A DNA stretch of 64,000 nt from assembly GCA_965235115.1 (NCBI GenBank), contig OZ249436.1, positions 40,860,001 through 40,924,000 on the forward strand, read 5' to 3'. Origin of the DNA: Laetmonice hystrix (Eukaryota). This document shows, piece by piece, positions 1 through 17,672 of this stretch. A program made the translations under genes and the position numbers. Below the pieces are notes generated by a model. The model saw nothing but the letters and a program-made list of their open reading frames with translations, made no database searches and had not been told where the DNA came from. The stretch's first letter is position 1, and every line of letters starts with the position of its first letter.

Positions 1-11
1 CTCATCTCTGA

Positions 12-66
12 CGTCAATGTCCAGAATGGTGAGGTCGCCCCCCATGCACCATTCTGGACATTGACG
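12..66. repeat. Perfect 20-bp inverted repeat (hairpin, 15-nt loop)
   Basis: CGTCAATGTCCAGAATGGTG (12-31) and CACCATTCTGGACATTGACG (47-66). Confidence 0.9.
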
Positions 67-2468
67 ACCGACGACCCCCCCCCCCCCCGGCCCCAACCCT
101 TTGTAGCAATGATAAATGCGTATCCAATAGTATTTGAACCCCCAACCTATGGACAGCGGCTGTTTTTGACATCTAAGATCGAGCAATGGTAGCAACGTAG
201 GGCCTACACTTTAATCCACCAGCTGGCGCCACTGTCTGACGAGGTGCGGTCTACCAGGTTGGCCGCTCGGGCCGATAACAGACGAGAGTCGCCCCATGTC
301 CATGAACAAATTGGACACCCACCCACCCCTCAAACAATGGGGGTCCCGCACGCTTCCCCGTAAGCCTGCTAGGCATAAGGGTGGGTGGGATTCATTAAAT
401 CACTAGAACTATTTCCAGACCTGTTAGCCTAGCCGCGGTGACGGAGTCCTTTGGGAGATAAACCAAGGATTATACTCTCATATAATCCTTGGGTAAACGT
501 CCACCTGGCGGTGTGAGTCTGGTCCTCATGTTAAACGGTATTAATGTTTTCCGCCCGGCGCGCTGCCTGTAATAATAGTATGCTAGTCCCTGTATAATAT
601 ACACATCCCTGGCACGCAACGCGGGCGGGGGGGAATCCACAAAATCAGGAGAGGTCAGACGGAATCAGGAAGCGGTTAGGTACGGTCGTTTACGAGGACA
701 GTGTCCGTTGGGGGTCAATACCATATATGGTGCTGTGTCCGGGCCCTCAGCGTGCGCTTGGTTACATCACCTATTTAAATATTGTAATATGCACAGCACG
801 CACAGAGTGTGGTTTTCTACACACGGCCAGTAAATGTATGAATGTGGCATATAATATATTGTGTCGGCAAGCTGGTCCTGAGTCTGATTACCCTCGTCAA
901 TGAATTGGTGTAATCTCACTCAAATATAAGCGTCACAAATATAGCCTACATAAAAATCATACATGCATATATATTTGAAAACCTATTGATTCATGTTGTC
1001 ATGGATACGTGGGCTCTGAGGGTGACTGGTCATGTTGTGAATAGGGGGTTACGTTTGTAATGTCACACAGTTGTGTGTAAGAGAAGGTTTATAATCTAAT
1101 ATAGGCCTAACCTTTGTAGTGTCACACAGCTGTGTGTGTGTGGGTCCGTCTGAGTGAGTCATATTCTGTGGGTCATAATTATATTTGTCACACACAAAAT
1201 TATGAACATCGAACTCGTACCAGGTCGTGTCATCAGACGGTCGTAAAATAAAGAGTGGGTTATTCTATAATTTAATAATAATACTACCCCTAGCAACACT
1301 AGTATTTTTAAGCATTAGTTTTAGGACGTAGGCCTATCCCTTTCCTATGGATCTACGGATCGTTACATAACACTATAGGAAGGCAGGTATCCCCTGTAAT
1401 GGCCCCAAGTATGCCCTATATAATATACCAATTGACTAATCGACCCCTGCTTATTTCAGGCTCGTGCCCCCCCCCCCCCCGGCCCCCGACAACTGACCAA
1501 AGGTTCCAACACCCCCCTGGACCAAGTATAGGCCAAGCTAGGCGGGGGCAGTTTGTGCCAATGGACAGCTACAGTCTATGGGGTAAAGGTCAAATGTATT
1601 TCTTATCTTGGTATATATCTATAACGGTCTGGCACGGTACGTATAGTATAGTCGTATGGTAGTGGGTCAAATAATTATAGAACGGTCTGGAGGTTATATT
1701 TAATTGGGATATCACTGTGCATGGACCCGCAGGTAAGGTAACTGGGCTAGTTTTCCATAGGGGTGACTTTTTTTTTGGGGGGGGGGGTGTTTTGTTTGTT
1801 TTCCACTAGGGCAAAAAGTAGAGAATGTCGGTTATTATAGGGGTTGAACTCGAATCTCGAACTCGAGCTAATATGTACTTCTTTCAGTTTCTATAGTAAA
1901 GTTTTTTTTGTTGAAGAGATCGAAGTCTGCGATCTGACCAGGCACGTATATGAGGGGGGGGGGGCAATTATGCCAAATTTAATACCAGTAGACCAGTGGA
2001 ATCAAATTAAAGGATATGTTAAAATCTTTTCGGTTATATCTTGTGCATGGTCAGATTTCAGACTGCCTTTGAAAGATGGAGTGAATACCAAAAAACGTTT
2101 TTGTTGATATTTACATTTGGGGTTCACTTTAATGACTTTTCCGCTGTTGGTACAACAACACGGAGTCCCGTTACTTAAATACTTTTTTCCCTGGGTTTCT
2201 ACTAAGTCTGCCGTACAAATGTATAACAATGTCCTCTGGTTCTGACGGAGGAAGTGCTACCGTAAAAAAATGTATGAAAATAGTTGGCATCGAAACTGTA
2301 AAGTAAGCGTTCTTGAGAGACTAGTCGTACATTTTGGCTGCTCGAGTTCGGATTGGCAATATTCGAGAGCATGTATAGTACTGATCTGCATAGTAGTATT
2401 GCGAAAGGTTTGAGATGAAATCTTTCGGATTTTTGATGTTACGAAACTTTTGCAGTTTGTGACCTGTT

Positions 2469-2474
2469 TTTATT
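2469..2474 (-). terminator. Probable actin polyadenylation signal (AATAAA)
   Basis: TTTATT on the + strand, about 450 nt downstream of the actin stop codon. Confidence 0.6.
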
Positions 2475-2920
2475 CCAACATGTGACTTACACTGAATGAA
2501 TGATCGATCTTGTTTACGCTTTGACTGTATAAGGTGCACCAAGATTTGTTGTCAGTTGCGACCGAGAAGCTGTGGCTTTATAACAACAAATGAAGTTATT
2601 CAGTTCTTGGGCCCTATAAACATTTTTTGTTCAGTCAGTTCAAGTTTTACTGCAGTGAAATGTTCATATCTCAGCACGCCATCACAAGGGTTCTGACCCA
2701 GTCTCACTTGAGAACAATAAAGTCCCCTGCCTCTGCATAACATCAATCAGTCTTTTCGCATGCACTAGACAACAAAATAGCACCAGCAGTAAAGTGTGAT
2801 TATAGTCCACGGCCACCGAAGTGGTTTGACTGTTTGTGTAGCTCTTGTCGTTGAGAAGTAGCGGATTTGACTGATGCATGAGTGGCAAGACCCCCAATGG
2901 GAGCACAGCGCGCAGACAAT

Positions 2921-6723
<3,803 letters not shown>

Positions 6724-6813
6724 TTAGCGAAAAACGCTGAAAGAGTTTAAGTTCTAGGTCTGCACACTGTGCTCTCTCAGTCAAACTGCGAACGATGCCT
6801 GGGCTCGCGATGG

Positions 6814-6951
6814 TTTTATACCTCGGCCCGGCCTGCGCCAGGCGAGTGCAGCGCTCCGCCGACCGACACTCACCAACCATTGCCATATATGGTGAGGCTA
6901 TGCCTATATATGGTGTCGGTACAAGTCGCTCATTATCCCGGCCATTTATAG
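6814..6951 (-). promoter_or_regulatory. Actin proximal promoter: TATA box plus CArG (SRF) boxes
   Basis: TATAAAA on the minus strand at 6820-6814. Perfect CArG CCATATATGG at 6883-6892. Near-CArG sequences at 6903-6913 and 6942-6951. This arrangement is typical of animal actin promoters. Confidence 0.85.
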
Positions 6952-7933
6952 TAGTAATCATAATCATGATTCAGCTCTATCTTTGTTTTCTACTCTACTG
7001 AAGGCTCGAAGGTCTTTTTGATAAGATATTACTGCTGAGGTGCTTCTCTGAGCACGTCCCTGGGAATGAGAAGTTCAGATAAGCTATGCTCCCGGCGCGG
7101 CCATTTTGGCGTCGCCTCCAGCGTCGGCAGGAGGATGTGGTTCGGTCGCCGAGTGGTGATATTTATTGCGGAAATCGTGTATGAGAATACAGGAAGTACA
7201 GTTAGATTTGTATTATAACATACAGCATGGCACCTAAGCAGGTTTGTACGTTATGTTAGCGTGGGGATGCACCTTTCCTTGGTGCGTTTATTGCTTGAAC
7301 GTAAAGATGCATTGGTTTCTTGTGGCTTATTTTCATCGCCGGAGCCATGCTGCAGGCCCGGCTGCTGAGACTGGAGACGAACTAGGTCAGGCTAATTACA
7401 TGTAACTGTGTCGCTCTCCGGGCAGCGGGCGGGGTCGGTGAACACATGGCTTCCTCTATCTAGTGCATGCGATGATGCTAAGGAAGCGCTGGGTGCTCCT
7501 TCTGATCTCAAACTTGCAGTTTGCATGGGTTAAAATACCCTAAACATAACTGGCCGGAAAATATCGAATATATGTTTTTATTCTGTAAGAGTCGTATTTA
7601 TACAAAATGGGATAAACCAGGAAATAAGGTCACTTTTTTTACCAGGCGGATTCATAAGAACTGGGAGTGAAAGAGGTGTAGAAATGCAGACGGAATGGGC
7701 ATGCATGGTACGGGAACCCTTGGGTTGCCTAATTCCAATGCAAAAGTTGAAGCACTAGATTCAGAAAGTCAAGGAGCGGCCTATATCCCCCCCCCCGCCA
7801 GATCCCCAACATGGCTCGAATAACTAACCTTTTTCTAAAGCTCAAAATCACAATGACAGCATCAAAATTCAAAGATCAGTTAAACGATGTCAAAGTAGAT
7901 TTGATGAAGTAACCTATGATTGTCAGCGTAGGC

Positions 7934-8400
7934 CTATACGATATACATTTGTGAAGTTTTGGATTCAGCTATTAGATCAGCCGGCTTGGTTCTGTCACAT
8001 ACAATACTTTTGAAATCAATAGAGATAGTCTGAGACAGTGCAGGAGTAGAAGATAGCGTCTTTCTCTGCCGGTAATACCGCATGTTATCGCTGAGCATGA
8101 ACTTGACGAAACCCCCGTCGTGCCATGACGCACCCAGGTCAAACATGATAAAGGTGCAGCCATGGTCCTATTTGTCCAGTCAAGTATAGACAGAACCATG
8201 GCCATGATGGCAGCGATAAAGTATTATCTTGTCTTGGTTGACACCGACATCCGGGTGGATGTAGGCCTGCTGACCGCTCTCTGCCCCTCACCGCCCGCTA
8301 TTATAGATAACATGGTGTAGGCGACCGATGTCATCAGGGTCAAAGTAAAATGGCAGAATTCACGTTCCACTACCCTGTTCTGTCGGTAAGCATGTCCACA
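7934..8400 (-). pseudogene. Decayed coding-like fragment, weak resemblance to beta-trefoil (MytiLec-like) lectin
   Basis: The frame of ORF 7934..8146 extends upstream through three stops: FYFDPDDIGRLHHVIYNSGR*GAESGQQAYIHPDVGVNQDKIILYRCHHGHGSVYT*LDK*DHGCTFIMFDLGASWHDGGFVKFMLSDNMRYYRQR. Many codons end in C or G. Family assignment is by eye only. Confidence 0.3.
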
Positions 8401-10660
8401 CAATTGGGGCCAATTAAGGTAAATGTCATTATATTGCTCTACGTCTGCGAAATCGGTCTATTTCTATTGTGAATGGTCGAACCCCACTTTAGATTCAAAG
8501 CTCCACAATTTCTCAAATATAATCGCAATTACACTACTGTGCAAAGTTCATTTACACAATACGTGAATCAGAAGTGCCACTGCCTTTCTCCAAAGTTATG
8601 TCCCTACAACATAATAGAGTTTTGGAAGTATGACATACAAGCATCCAATTATGACTGTACTATCTGAGACCCCGTGTCTTTCATGTATTCAGGCTCAAAG
8701 ACAGTTCTTTGTTGTGTGGATTTCATAGAATATCAATTAAGGGACATGGGACCGCCATTAGAATGCGTGGTCATTCCCCTTGTAAACATTTGAGAGCTTT
8801 GTAAAGCGAGATATAGGCCAGCTTCACGCCCCCGGGCGTTAATTTACAACACGCGGACAGTTGCATAATGTGTGAATTAGCGTCGTCCCCTCCCCCACGC
8901 AAACAACACGTTTACACCAATAGATGAGTCCAACACTGTCCAACTGACACTTATATCAACGGTTATAATCTCGTAAACTGACCCAGTGTTATGCAACTTT
9001 AAATTCTCCCCAGTGTATAGTACAAAACAGCTGCCCTATATCAGGTGTCCTCTGAGAGTGCGGAACAAAGTATAGTTCGTTCCCAGTGATATTATGTGAG
9101 TTTATAGGATTTGTGTTGGGAAGTAAAATGTTATGTGAATATATTTATTATGTAGATTCTGTCCACCCCATGGATACACCTTCCCATTCAGTGACCCACA
9201 TTTTAGGACTGTTACATTGAGGACAGTGTTATGCCTGTCGGATGATTACTTTCTTGGCATGTGACAATATATTCCAGCAATTAACTGAAAAACTGTCTTT
9301 TAAATATATCCTCAACCTGTAACAACACGGTAAACTAGAGGTTCGTTCCGCGTCTGATCTTTAGGACCTGTAATTACAGACGACATTTTACAACTTTTAT
9401 CGGTTCAGTTAACCTCTCGGTTTATTTTGAATGAGCACGACACTAAAGGTCAAAATGAGGACACACTGTATGGCCACAGCAGATTATGGACCCCCCTCGA
9501 AGCGTTGATATATCCCACACTCTGGCGTTTGAACAGCTGGCGATCTTATATTATACTTCTTACAGATGTCTTAGGAAACATGTGTTCTCAGGACAATCGT
9601 ATACTATACGCGTGCACGTATAGGAATTACGATGATTCATACATACCGGATCATATAAATTATATGATGACGATCCTTAAAGTTGGATTATGCTAAGACC
9701 AAGACACCATCCTGTTGGCCCTCGCTTCATTCATTCATTGACTCTTTGGGAATTAAACCATGCATTCTAAGCGTGTAAATACATGGGTGCCTAATACCGC
9801 AGGGGCCAGCACCGACCGCCGAGACTAAGTGGTACATGTCCGCCTGACAGCCGCAAATTTTGATGTTGACAAATAAAATGGTGTCTGTTATTTTTTTCCT
9901 GACATGAAACATATCACCGGTGTCAATGCATATAGATTTATCTTTCAGGAGTGGAGTCTTGTAGTAGGGAGAGAGAGCCCACTCTGCGGTTCTTCTTGCT
10001 ACAGTTTTCCACTTGACCCTGCAGGTTCTATTTGGAGTTCTCCTTTAAACAAATATTCCCCCTAATTGGCCACTCAAGCCTCATTCTTTTCAAGTTTCTG
10101 GATCCTCTCTTCCATCATGTTTATTCAGAGCTAGATTCCTTTTGAAAGGGTTGGCGGGATTGTCTATGTTAATCAAATAAACTTCATTAGTACAGATATA
10201 AGTCTTCGATCCCAATAAATATGAATGTGATAACTGTATGTGTATGTGCAAATGGAAGTATACGAGCGTTGGGACCCGAGTATATATCAGGCTATACTAG
10301 GATGATTAGTACCAATGTCGACCTGTTCCTGATTATTGAGGTGGGTATTTCAGGATACAATATAGACTCGCACTATACTCTATATGATTGGAGGGCGGGT
10401 TGTGGGATGACATGACACTCCCTAAGACTAGTCCTGGTGAACTCTATGTCCTGTATGTATACGGGTGGGTTCTTGAACGAATGCCAGCTTTAGCCGGAGC
10501 CCGGTCTGCATTACAGAGCTCGGGCAGGGGTTGTAACCCTCATCTACCACCCCCCCCTGCCACCCCCACCCGATACACCCCCATTGGTTCCGTATCGTGC
10601 TATAACTTACTTCAGACCTTGGGTATAGGTGGGCGGGGGTGGGGATGGGTGGGTGGTGAG

Positions 10661-10790
10661 TGGTGCTGGCAGGGCTAGGATTTGAACCACGTGTGAACAC
10701 TGCACTGTGCAGAAACCCCTCAGCCTCCCGTTCCCCTGACGGTATTTGGCAAACCGAGCCGTGGACCACCGACCGACCGACCAGCCGCCG
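10661..10790 (-). mobile_element. Possible tRNA-derived SINE head (Pol III A/B box-like)
   Basis: B box GGTTCAAATCC at 10688-10678, A-box-like TGGTCGGTCGG near 10783-10773, ending ...GCCAGCACCA. No full cloverleaf. Confidence 0.3.
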
Positions 10791-12120
10791 TCAATGTGCC
10801 CGACCGACCGACCGACCCCCAGTGCAGGCGACCCTGTGTCTGTTTGGGGGTGGGGGAGGAGTGGGAGGTCCTTGGCCTGCGAGTGGGGTATTTGCCGCAT
10901 CTCCCTAGCTGGGCTACTTTTCAGGGATGCTTCTCCAGAGTCCCTTTGATAGGCATGGTTTTGGTATACCCTACTCCAAGAAAAAAACCCGCATGCATGT
11001 TTCACGAACGCGTACCTTATATCAGCTGGAGCACATAATTAATGCTCGCCATTATTTCAGCGCGGTAGATAATTAGTTGTACACGCACAAGTGAAAACAC
11101 AGTACTGTACATGGAAGTGTCTCACGAAGGGATGACATTTTATACCAGTAGTTCCACGCATCATGCCGTCGTAGTGAATCATGCTCTATATACTTCAGTA
11201 ATCTGAACAACCTATCGCGTACATGCATACATAATACATGACAAGTATACACATTCCCTTTTGTGTACACAGATGTATACTTAAAATGTATAATATAGGA
11301 AATAGTAGATCTCACGATAATATATTGCTCTGATTGGCTCATAGACTTCTCATGGAGTGCTGAGAAAAGTTTTTGAAATACAAACATGATAGACCTATAC
11401 ATCATGCAGTTTAATATAGATATCATGTTTAAACTATAGTGTAATACTTAATCATTCATCATTTAAGGGTTTCTCGGGGGGTGCAATCATATTACTTTGA
11501 AATTAAAACGGATTATGTTGTGATTACAGCCTTTTCACTGACAGTGTCACAGTATAACATTTGGAGGCAAAGAGGGAAAGGTTCAGGAACTATACAGAAC
11601 TGTTTCATTTCCGTGTTCGACATTCGATGCCCTGGGAAGTGGTCTCGAACGGCCTTCTAGGATGCGTTCTCTAGACTAGTTGTATAACCATATAAGGTTT
11701 TATTTTAAGGTTTATACCATAAAAGGTATCAAATACAGCCGAGTCTCCATCCCCCTCCGCACCCCACCCCCCGAACATGGAGGCAAACCTGAGTCATATC
11801 CGTATATAAGATCTGACCGTATCCTCTCCAGGCACGCTGAGACGGATGGTCAGTGGTACATGTATAGAGGCGGATTCTCCATGTCTATACGTCACTCAAC
11901 TACTCTTGCCTATATGTGTACGCTTTCTGAGATTATGTTTTAATCCTCTGTCATATAATCCATACTTATTGTGTCTGATGTAAAGTCACGCTGAACTTTG
12001 GCGGCTGTTGTTAAGCCAGCCAGAATAAATCAACAAAATGATCAGTTGACCCAAAGTGCATGAAACGTTGTGGTAGCAGACGTGATTCATAAAAATATAA
12101 GTGCGGCCCAGCTTGTTCAC

Positions 12121-12910
12121 GAACCGAGACCATTGAATTAGTTAATCCCCACCATCTTATCGTACAGCACGCCAGTAATTAGACATAGACTGTTTCTCTG
12201 GAACCGAGACCATTGAATTAGTGAATCACCACCATGTCGTACAGCACGCCAGTAATTCGACATAGACTGTTTCTCTGGAACCGAGACCATTGAATTAGTG
12301 AATCCCCACCATGTCGTACAGCACGCCAGTAATTCGACATTAGACATAGACTGTTTCTCTGGAACCGAGACCATTGAATTAGTGAATCCCCACCATGTCG
12401 TACAGCACGCCAGTAATTCGACATTAGACATAGACTGTTTCTCTGGAACCGAGACCATTGAATAAGTGAATCCCCACCATGTCGTACAGCACGCCAGTAA
12501 TTCGACATTAGACATAGACTGTTTCTCTGGAAACGAGACCATCGAATTAGTGAATCCCCACCATGTCGTACAGCACGCCAGTAATTCGACATTAGACATA
12601 GACTGTTTCTCTGGAACCGAGACATAGACTGTTTCTCTGGAACCAAGACATAGACTGTTTCTCTGGAACCGAAACCATTGAATTAGTGAATCCCCACCAT
12701 GTCGTACAGCACGCCAGTAATTCGACATTAGACATAGACTGTTTCTCTGGAACCGAGACCATTGAATTAGTGAATCCCCACCATGTCATACAGCACGCCA
12801 GTAATTCGACATTAGACATAGACTGTTTCTCTGGAACCGAGACCATTGAATTAGTGAATCCCCACCATGTCGTACAGCACGCCAGTAATTCGACATTAGA
12901 TATAGACTCT
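12121..12910. repeat. Tandem minisatellite, 84-bp unit, about 9 copies, with an internal 26-bp sub-expansion
   Basis: Unit GAACCGAGACCATTGAATTAGTGAATCCCCACCATGTCGTACAGCACGCCAGTAATTCGACATTAGACATAGACTGTTTCTCTG (e.g. at 12278 and 12362). A 26-mer is repeated at 12601, 12627 and 12653. Confidence 0.97.
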
Positions 12911-14595
12911 TTCTCTTTCTCTTTCATGTTCTCTTTCTCTTTATTAACCGGAGCCTATCTTAGATATTTATAAACAAAAGCAGAAACCAAGACACCATAA
13001 TGTAACATTCAAGAGAACTGACATCGGTTGGTGCCAATATTTGCCCCATGAGACCAGGCTCAATCTGTAAGCGGGGATTCCCTAAGGTGATTGTCCCTGC
13101 GACGTCCAGACGAGTTGACGATTCCCTTCTATATGTCACTGTGATTTTGAGATTAACGGATGGAACTCATCCGTTAATACTGAGGGAAGAACAGCCAGGA
13201 AATGTTACAGAGTGAAATTCCACTTTCAAGGGAAGGATAAACACCATAATGTGTAGAAAGCAATAAAAAAATACATCTACCTCATAAGTGACCATCGGGT
13301 TTTTGGTCAACGTATCACAGATATTCTTCTCAGCTTAAATTAGTTAAAAATATCTCGTTTTCCTCCGACAAATGACCCCACTCCCAACGTCACTGTGATA
13401 CATAGAGGTTGGTGACCCGACAAGACCCGTGACCACGTTATAACATTTAGTCTGCATAACATTTCTGTAACTGTAAATTACCACTTGTCTATTTGTACTA
13501 TCATTCGATCCCAAAATTAAAACGTCGTTATAGATTGTCACTGAAGTTTCTCTTTAGTATATCGTTAATTTACCCCCAACTTTAACAACCGTACTCAGGG
13601 CAATACTATACATGCATGAAGTATAATTAGTGACAGGATTCTATAGTTAAGGACTCTAAGCATCATGTTATAAGAATGCCGATTTTAGAACCCTTTGCTA
13701 GTTTACTTTCACTTTAAATGATTATAAATACTATATAAATACCAGCCAGTCACCCCACATTGTGAATTCGCATCAATTTAAAGGGTCAAGCTTATAGGCC
13801 TATAGGTTGACCTGTAATAGACCTAGAAGGTCATACCAGAAGGTTTACCAGGTTCCCTCACTTCACTTGTCCTTATGACCTTGTAATGTTACTATTTATC
13901 CTTTCTGTCAGCATATCCAATGTAAAAAATTGAATAGCCGACTATAGATGCCGAAAGTGGTCCTAAAGTAAACGTTGTCCTTGTCCGATCGATCTGTTGA
14001 TATAGGGCCTCGTTCTCGAGTTAAGTTTTTGGCTCAGCCGTGACCATGTCGCCAATTACATTCCTATATCCCGTATATTGTATGGCAAAAATCCTACACA
14101 TCTTGTATCGAGGCGAACGACGGGTACCCCGTCCACTTTGCCTGTCACCGAAGCCGGCCAATGGACAGCACGGGCTCATGATGAATTTGGGGAGCGCATT
14201 CCACGCCTCTGCACTTCTCTGTCTGTTCGCCAGGTGCGTTTGTGTCCCTTCGTTGTCGCGCGCGTAGGCAGATGGCGGGAAACACGTAGGGGTGATGGCA
14301 AGTATGCCAGGTCAAGCAACTTCTCTGCTCGACGACGGCGAGATGATGACGTATAGACCTGAAGAGACCTATCCAAGTGGCACATCAACAAAATCTATAG
14401 GCATTAGTCTAGGTCGCCAGGTTGGGATGGGATATTAGGCCTATAGACAGACGACCTGATCGAATATCAAGTGATTGATGAGTGAGTGTCGATCACCCCC
14501 CCCCCACCCCACACCCACCCACCCACCCACACCCCTTGGGACAGGATATAACATATAGGGTCCCGTCAAACAGGACCTTTATCGGGACGATATTT

Positions 14596-14654
14596 ATGGC
14601 GGACCCAACCTAAACCGGACAATAATATTGTCCGGTTTAGGATGGGTCCGCCAT
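14596..14654. repeat. Near-perfect palindrome (29-bp arms, 1 mismatch, 1-nt spacer)
   Basis: ATGGCGGACCCAACCTAAACCGGACAATA-A-TATTGTCCGGTTTAGGATGGGTCCGCCAT. Confidence 0.9.
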
Positions 14655-15309
14655 TTTGGAATGTTAAGATGTTTTGATCGTGTTCTCTAACTATGTAATC
14701 AATTAATCTAAGGTCCTCCGTAATTCCAGAGAGTGAATTTCCCATTGCAGAACAAAATTTACATTATTTTAAATTTAATAGAATTACTTAAATACCCATA
14801 CCTGACGTTTACCATCAATACTATACATTCACTCCTATTTTTCAATGTAACACTAAATGCCGACAGATTTGGACACTAGGATAGTCGCAATCATTTCTGA
14901 AGCTCGAAGACTTCGAATCGACACGACCGTCAGAATAATTCATTCTTTAGGCCGAGCCTGATCTACCAAATTTTTAATTCCGATTTAATTCCTCGTTTTC
15001 CGCTATCATTGGATTCATATGATTTATTTGACTAAATAAAAAGTAGTCGTGTCTAAATACGGTATGAATATTGAATACGTAACGTCAGATAATTCAAATC
15101 AACTCTAATGAAATCCCGCAGTAGCTCCGAGGGGAGGTTGTCATTTCTGTAACCAAAGACCATGACATGTCGCGACCCGGTTATGCAACAGCATTATGAA
15201 ACAGGCACGCCCTTGATGGAGATGCTCAGCTGTCATTGCTCAATAACGCATTGCTATACGAGGGCAAGCCTTAGATTTCATGGCATTATTATGTAATCCC
15301 GTATCAATT

Positions 15310-15660
15310 TGCAGCATGGACTGCAGTGAAGCATGTGCTGAACCATGCTGACATCATACTCAAATCGTGCTGCAGAACTGCAGCGTGATTCCAGCATGGT
15401 CGCTTGAATCATGCTGCTTCAAAGCATGGCCTGCAATCATGCTGGCATCATGCTGGAAAAACTTCGATAACATGCACGGCAGCATGCTTGCAGCACAGAT
15501 GCAGCATAATTGAATAATTGAACAATGCTGGAACCATGCCGCTATTCTGCAGCATGACTGCAGCCTACACTGCAAGTATATGCTGGAATCATACTGCAAA
15601 ACCAGGCTGGAACCATGCTGCAACTATGCTGGAACCATGCTGCAAATACATGATGCCTGC
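15310..15660. repeat. Degenerate short-period repeat (CATGCTG/CAGCATG motifs) in both orientations
   Basis: Recurrent GCTGGAACCATGCTGCA, ATCATGCTG and the reverse complement CAGCATG. Confidence 0.7.
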
Positions 15661-17672
15661 CAGTAATTGGAACCTTTATCAACAAAGCTCTACAAGATCA
15701 TTACATCAATTCTTATACTGTCCATTTCTAGATTAGATGCCTTCATTAAAACTCATTATTACTTTCAAGTATAGACAGTACAAATTTTATCACCCTCCAG
15801 AGAATGTTATGGTCAGAAGATGGTATACCTTCTGTCTTATGATGAAAAGATGGTCCTAGCTCTGAAACGTTGTCGCCGCGTCCCATGAAACTTCGGGAAT
15901 CACTTCCCGTTTCTGTTTCCTGAGAGTTGTAGAAACCAGCCCGCATGCAGGGTGTTTTTTCTTTGAGATGGCCTACAGATCATATCGATATCGCTTCGAA
16001 AATTATCAATGGTTTTATTTCTGTTGAAGTAAGGCCTTGCAGACACTTCACTTTTTGTATCTTATTCGTCGTCTCACACAAAATGGTTATTCGATTGTTT
16101 GCTGCTAACTTAAGTTGTTTCTTTTATTTCAGAGCGGCGAATGCATTATCTATACCTCATCATGTATAACATTAAAGGAGCTAGGTTAGCCATTGATATC
16201 TTAGAACTGGTTAGCCCATATTACAAGGGCCGGAAGTACATATATATGTTCAAAGTTTACTGCATTGTCTCCGGTCCTGGATCATTAACCTTTGAAGTGG
16301 TTCTTTTTGAGGTCGACGTCTGTCTGCTAGATCACGTTTATGTATTTATCTTGTTCCTACATTATAAACTTATAAATAAAGAGTCGATATTTTACCTCAT
16401 TGTCCACTTTCTAATACACAGTATCACTTTCCACAACCTGGCAGGCGTATAGCCCTTAGAACCCCTTTTCTATACACGCCGTTTCATACGAGTCTATCCA
16501 AGATATGCCCACACTGGGTTGACCGTATCCTATATCAATACAATGCCTGCAGGTCGTGATAATATCATTTCTTATCTTATGTCCTGCATGACCTGCATAT
16601 CTGACCATTAGATAACACACTTGTCAAGCGGCAAGAATGGACCACGTGCGCTTTGGTCATGGACGAGCTCCTGACATATTACCATATATGGTCACAGGAA
16701 CCGCCGTCCTACTTACCTCGGTTGGTGGTCTCAAGGTTGGGTCAGCTTGTCAGGTGACTTCCTGGTGAAGTGGTAAATATCTCGTGGTTAGAGTAGGGTG
16801 ATAACAGGTAACTTACGACTGGATCAAGGCTTAAATAGCTGCGGACGCCGAGCACGGCGACAGGACAAAAATCAGACATTCCGACGGAGATTTGTAGAAA
16901 GGGGAAGTCCGCAGGTGAAAGTGGCAAAATGTTTGAGAGGGAAAGGTTCATTAAGTGGGGCTTTAATGTAATTTGACTGAAAGAAAATTCCTTTGCGCTA
17001 AGAGCAAAATCGCAAGGACCGACAATGATAAGTACATGTGTATGTCACAATATAGCGAATACTAACTTTACAAGATTCCGCCCAGTTGAAACTTTATAAT
17101 GTAATCTGACATCTACATTAAAGTATTCATCTTTGGAGTCGTATAGATTTAGACATAGTACTTTATTGAAACTCACAAGTTCTTTAAAACTGCAACATCT
17201 GTCACCTGTCTCTGTTCGCCAGGTATTTACGATTTGTACAGATCATGATCGGTCTATTAATGATGGCTATGATACGTAAATGAATGCCATCTGAAAAGTA
17301 TGTATACCATGTATGTATACGAGCATCTATGATATTATATCGATGGACTTATTAATAATCTGCACCTGTTTAGTATTAACTTCGATCCTTTCTTGGTGAG
17401 GTGTGAGGCTATAAATTACCCGGGGTATTCCAAGAGAAGGACCTTAATTTCTTGAAAAATAATGAAAGCACCCACCGCTTTACTTCAGTGAGGTCAATCA
17501 GGGTTCTTTAGCCTTGATCTTGACCTCCATATAAGGTCACTCTGTAAGAGGAGCAAGTCGGATAACAAATCCCCCCCCCCCCTCGAGCTGGTGACCTGGC
17601 CACTCATCCTTGACAGGTGGCTGTGAGAGTATCGGGTCACGATGATAATAGGTTTCCCCCCGCCCCCCCCCC

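Noticed and set aside
10661..10790. Functional tRNA gene
   Set aside because: A B box and a CCA-like end are present, but I could not build acceptor and anticodon stems or correct spacing. Kept only as a possible SINE head.
12138..12973. Repetitive 95-196-aa ORFs
   Set aside because: Artefacts of an 84-bp unit (a multiple of 3) that is open in several frames. The same applies to ORFs over the 38-, 69- and 82-bp arrays.
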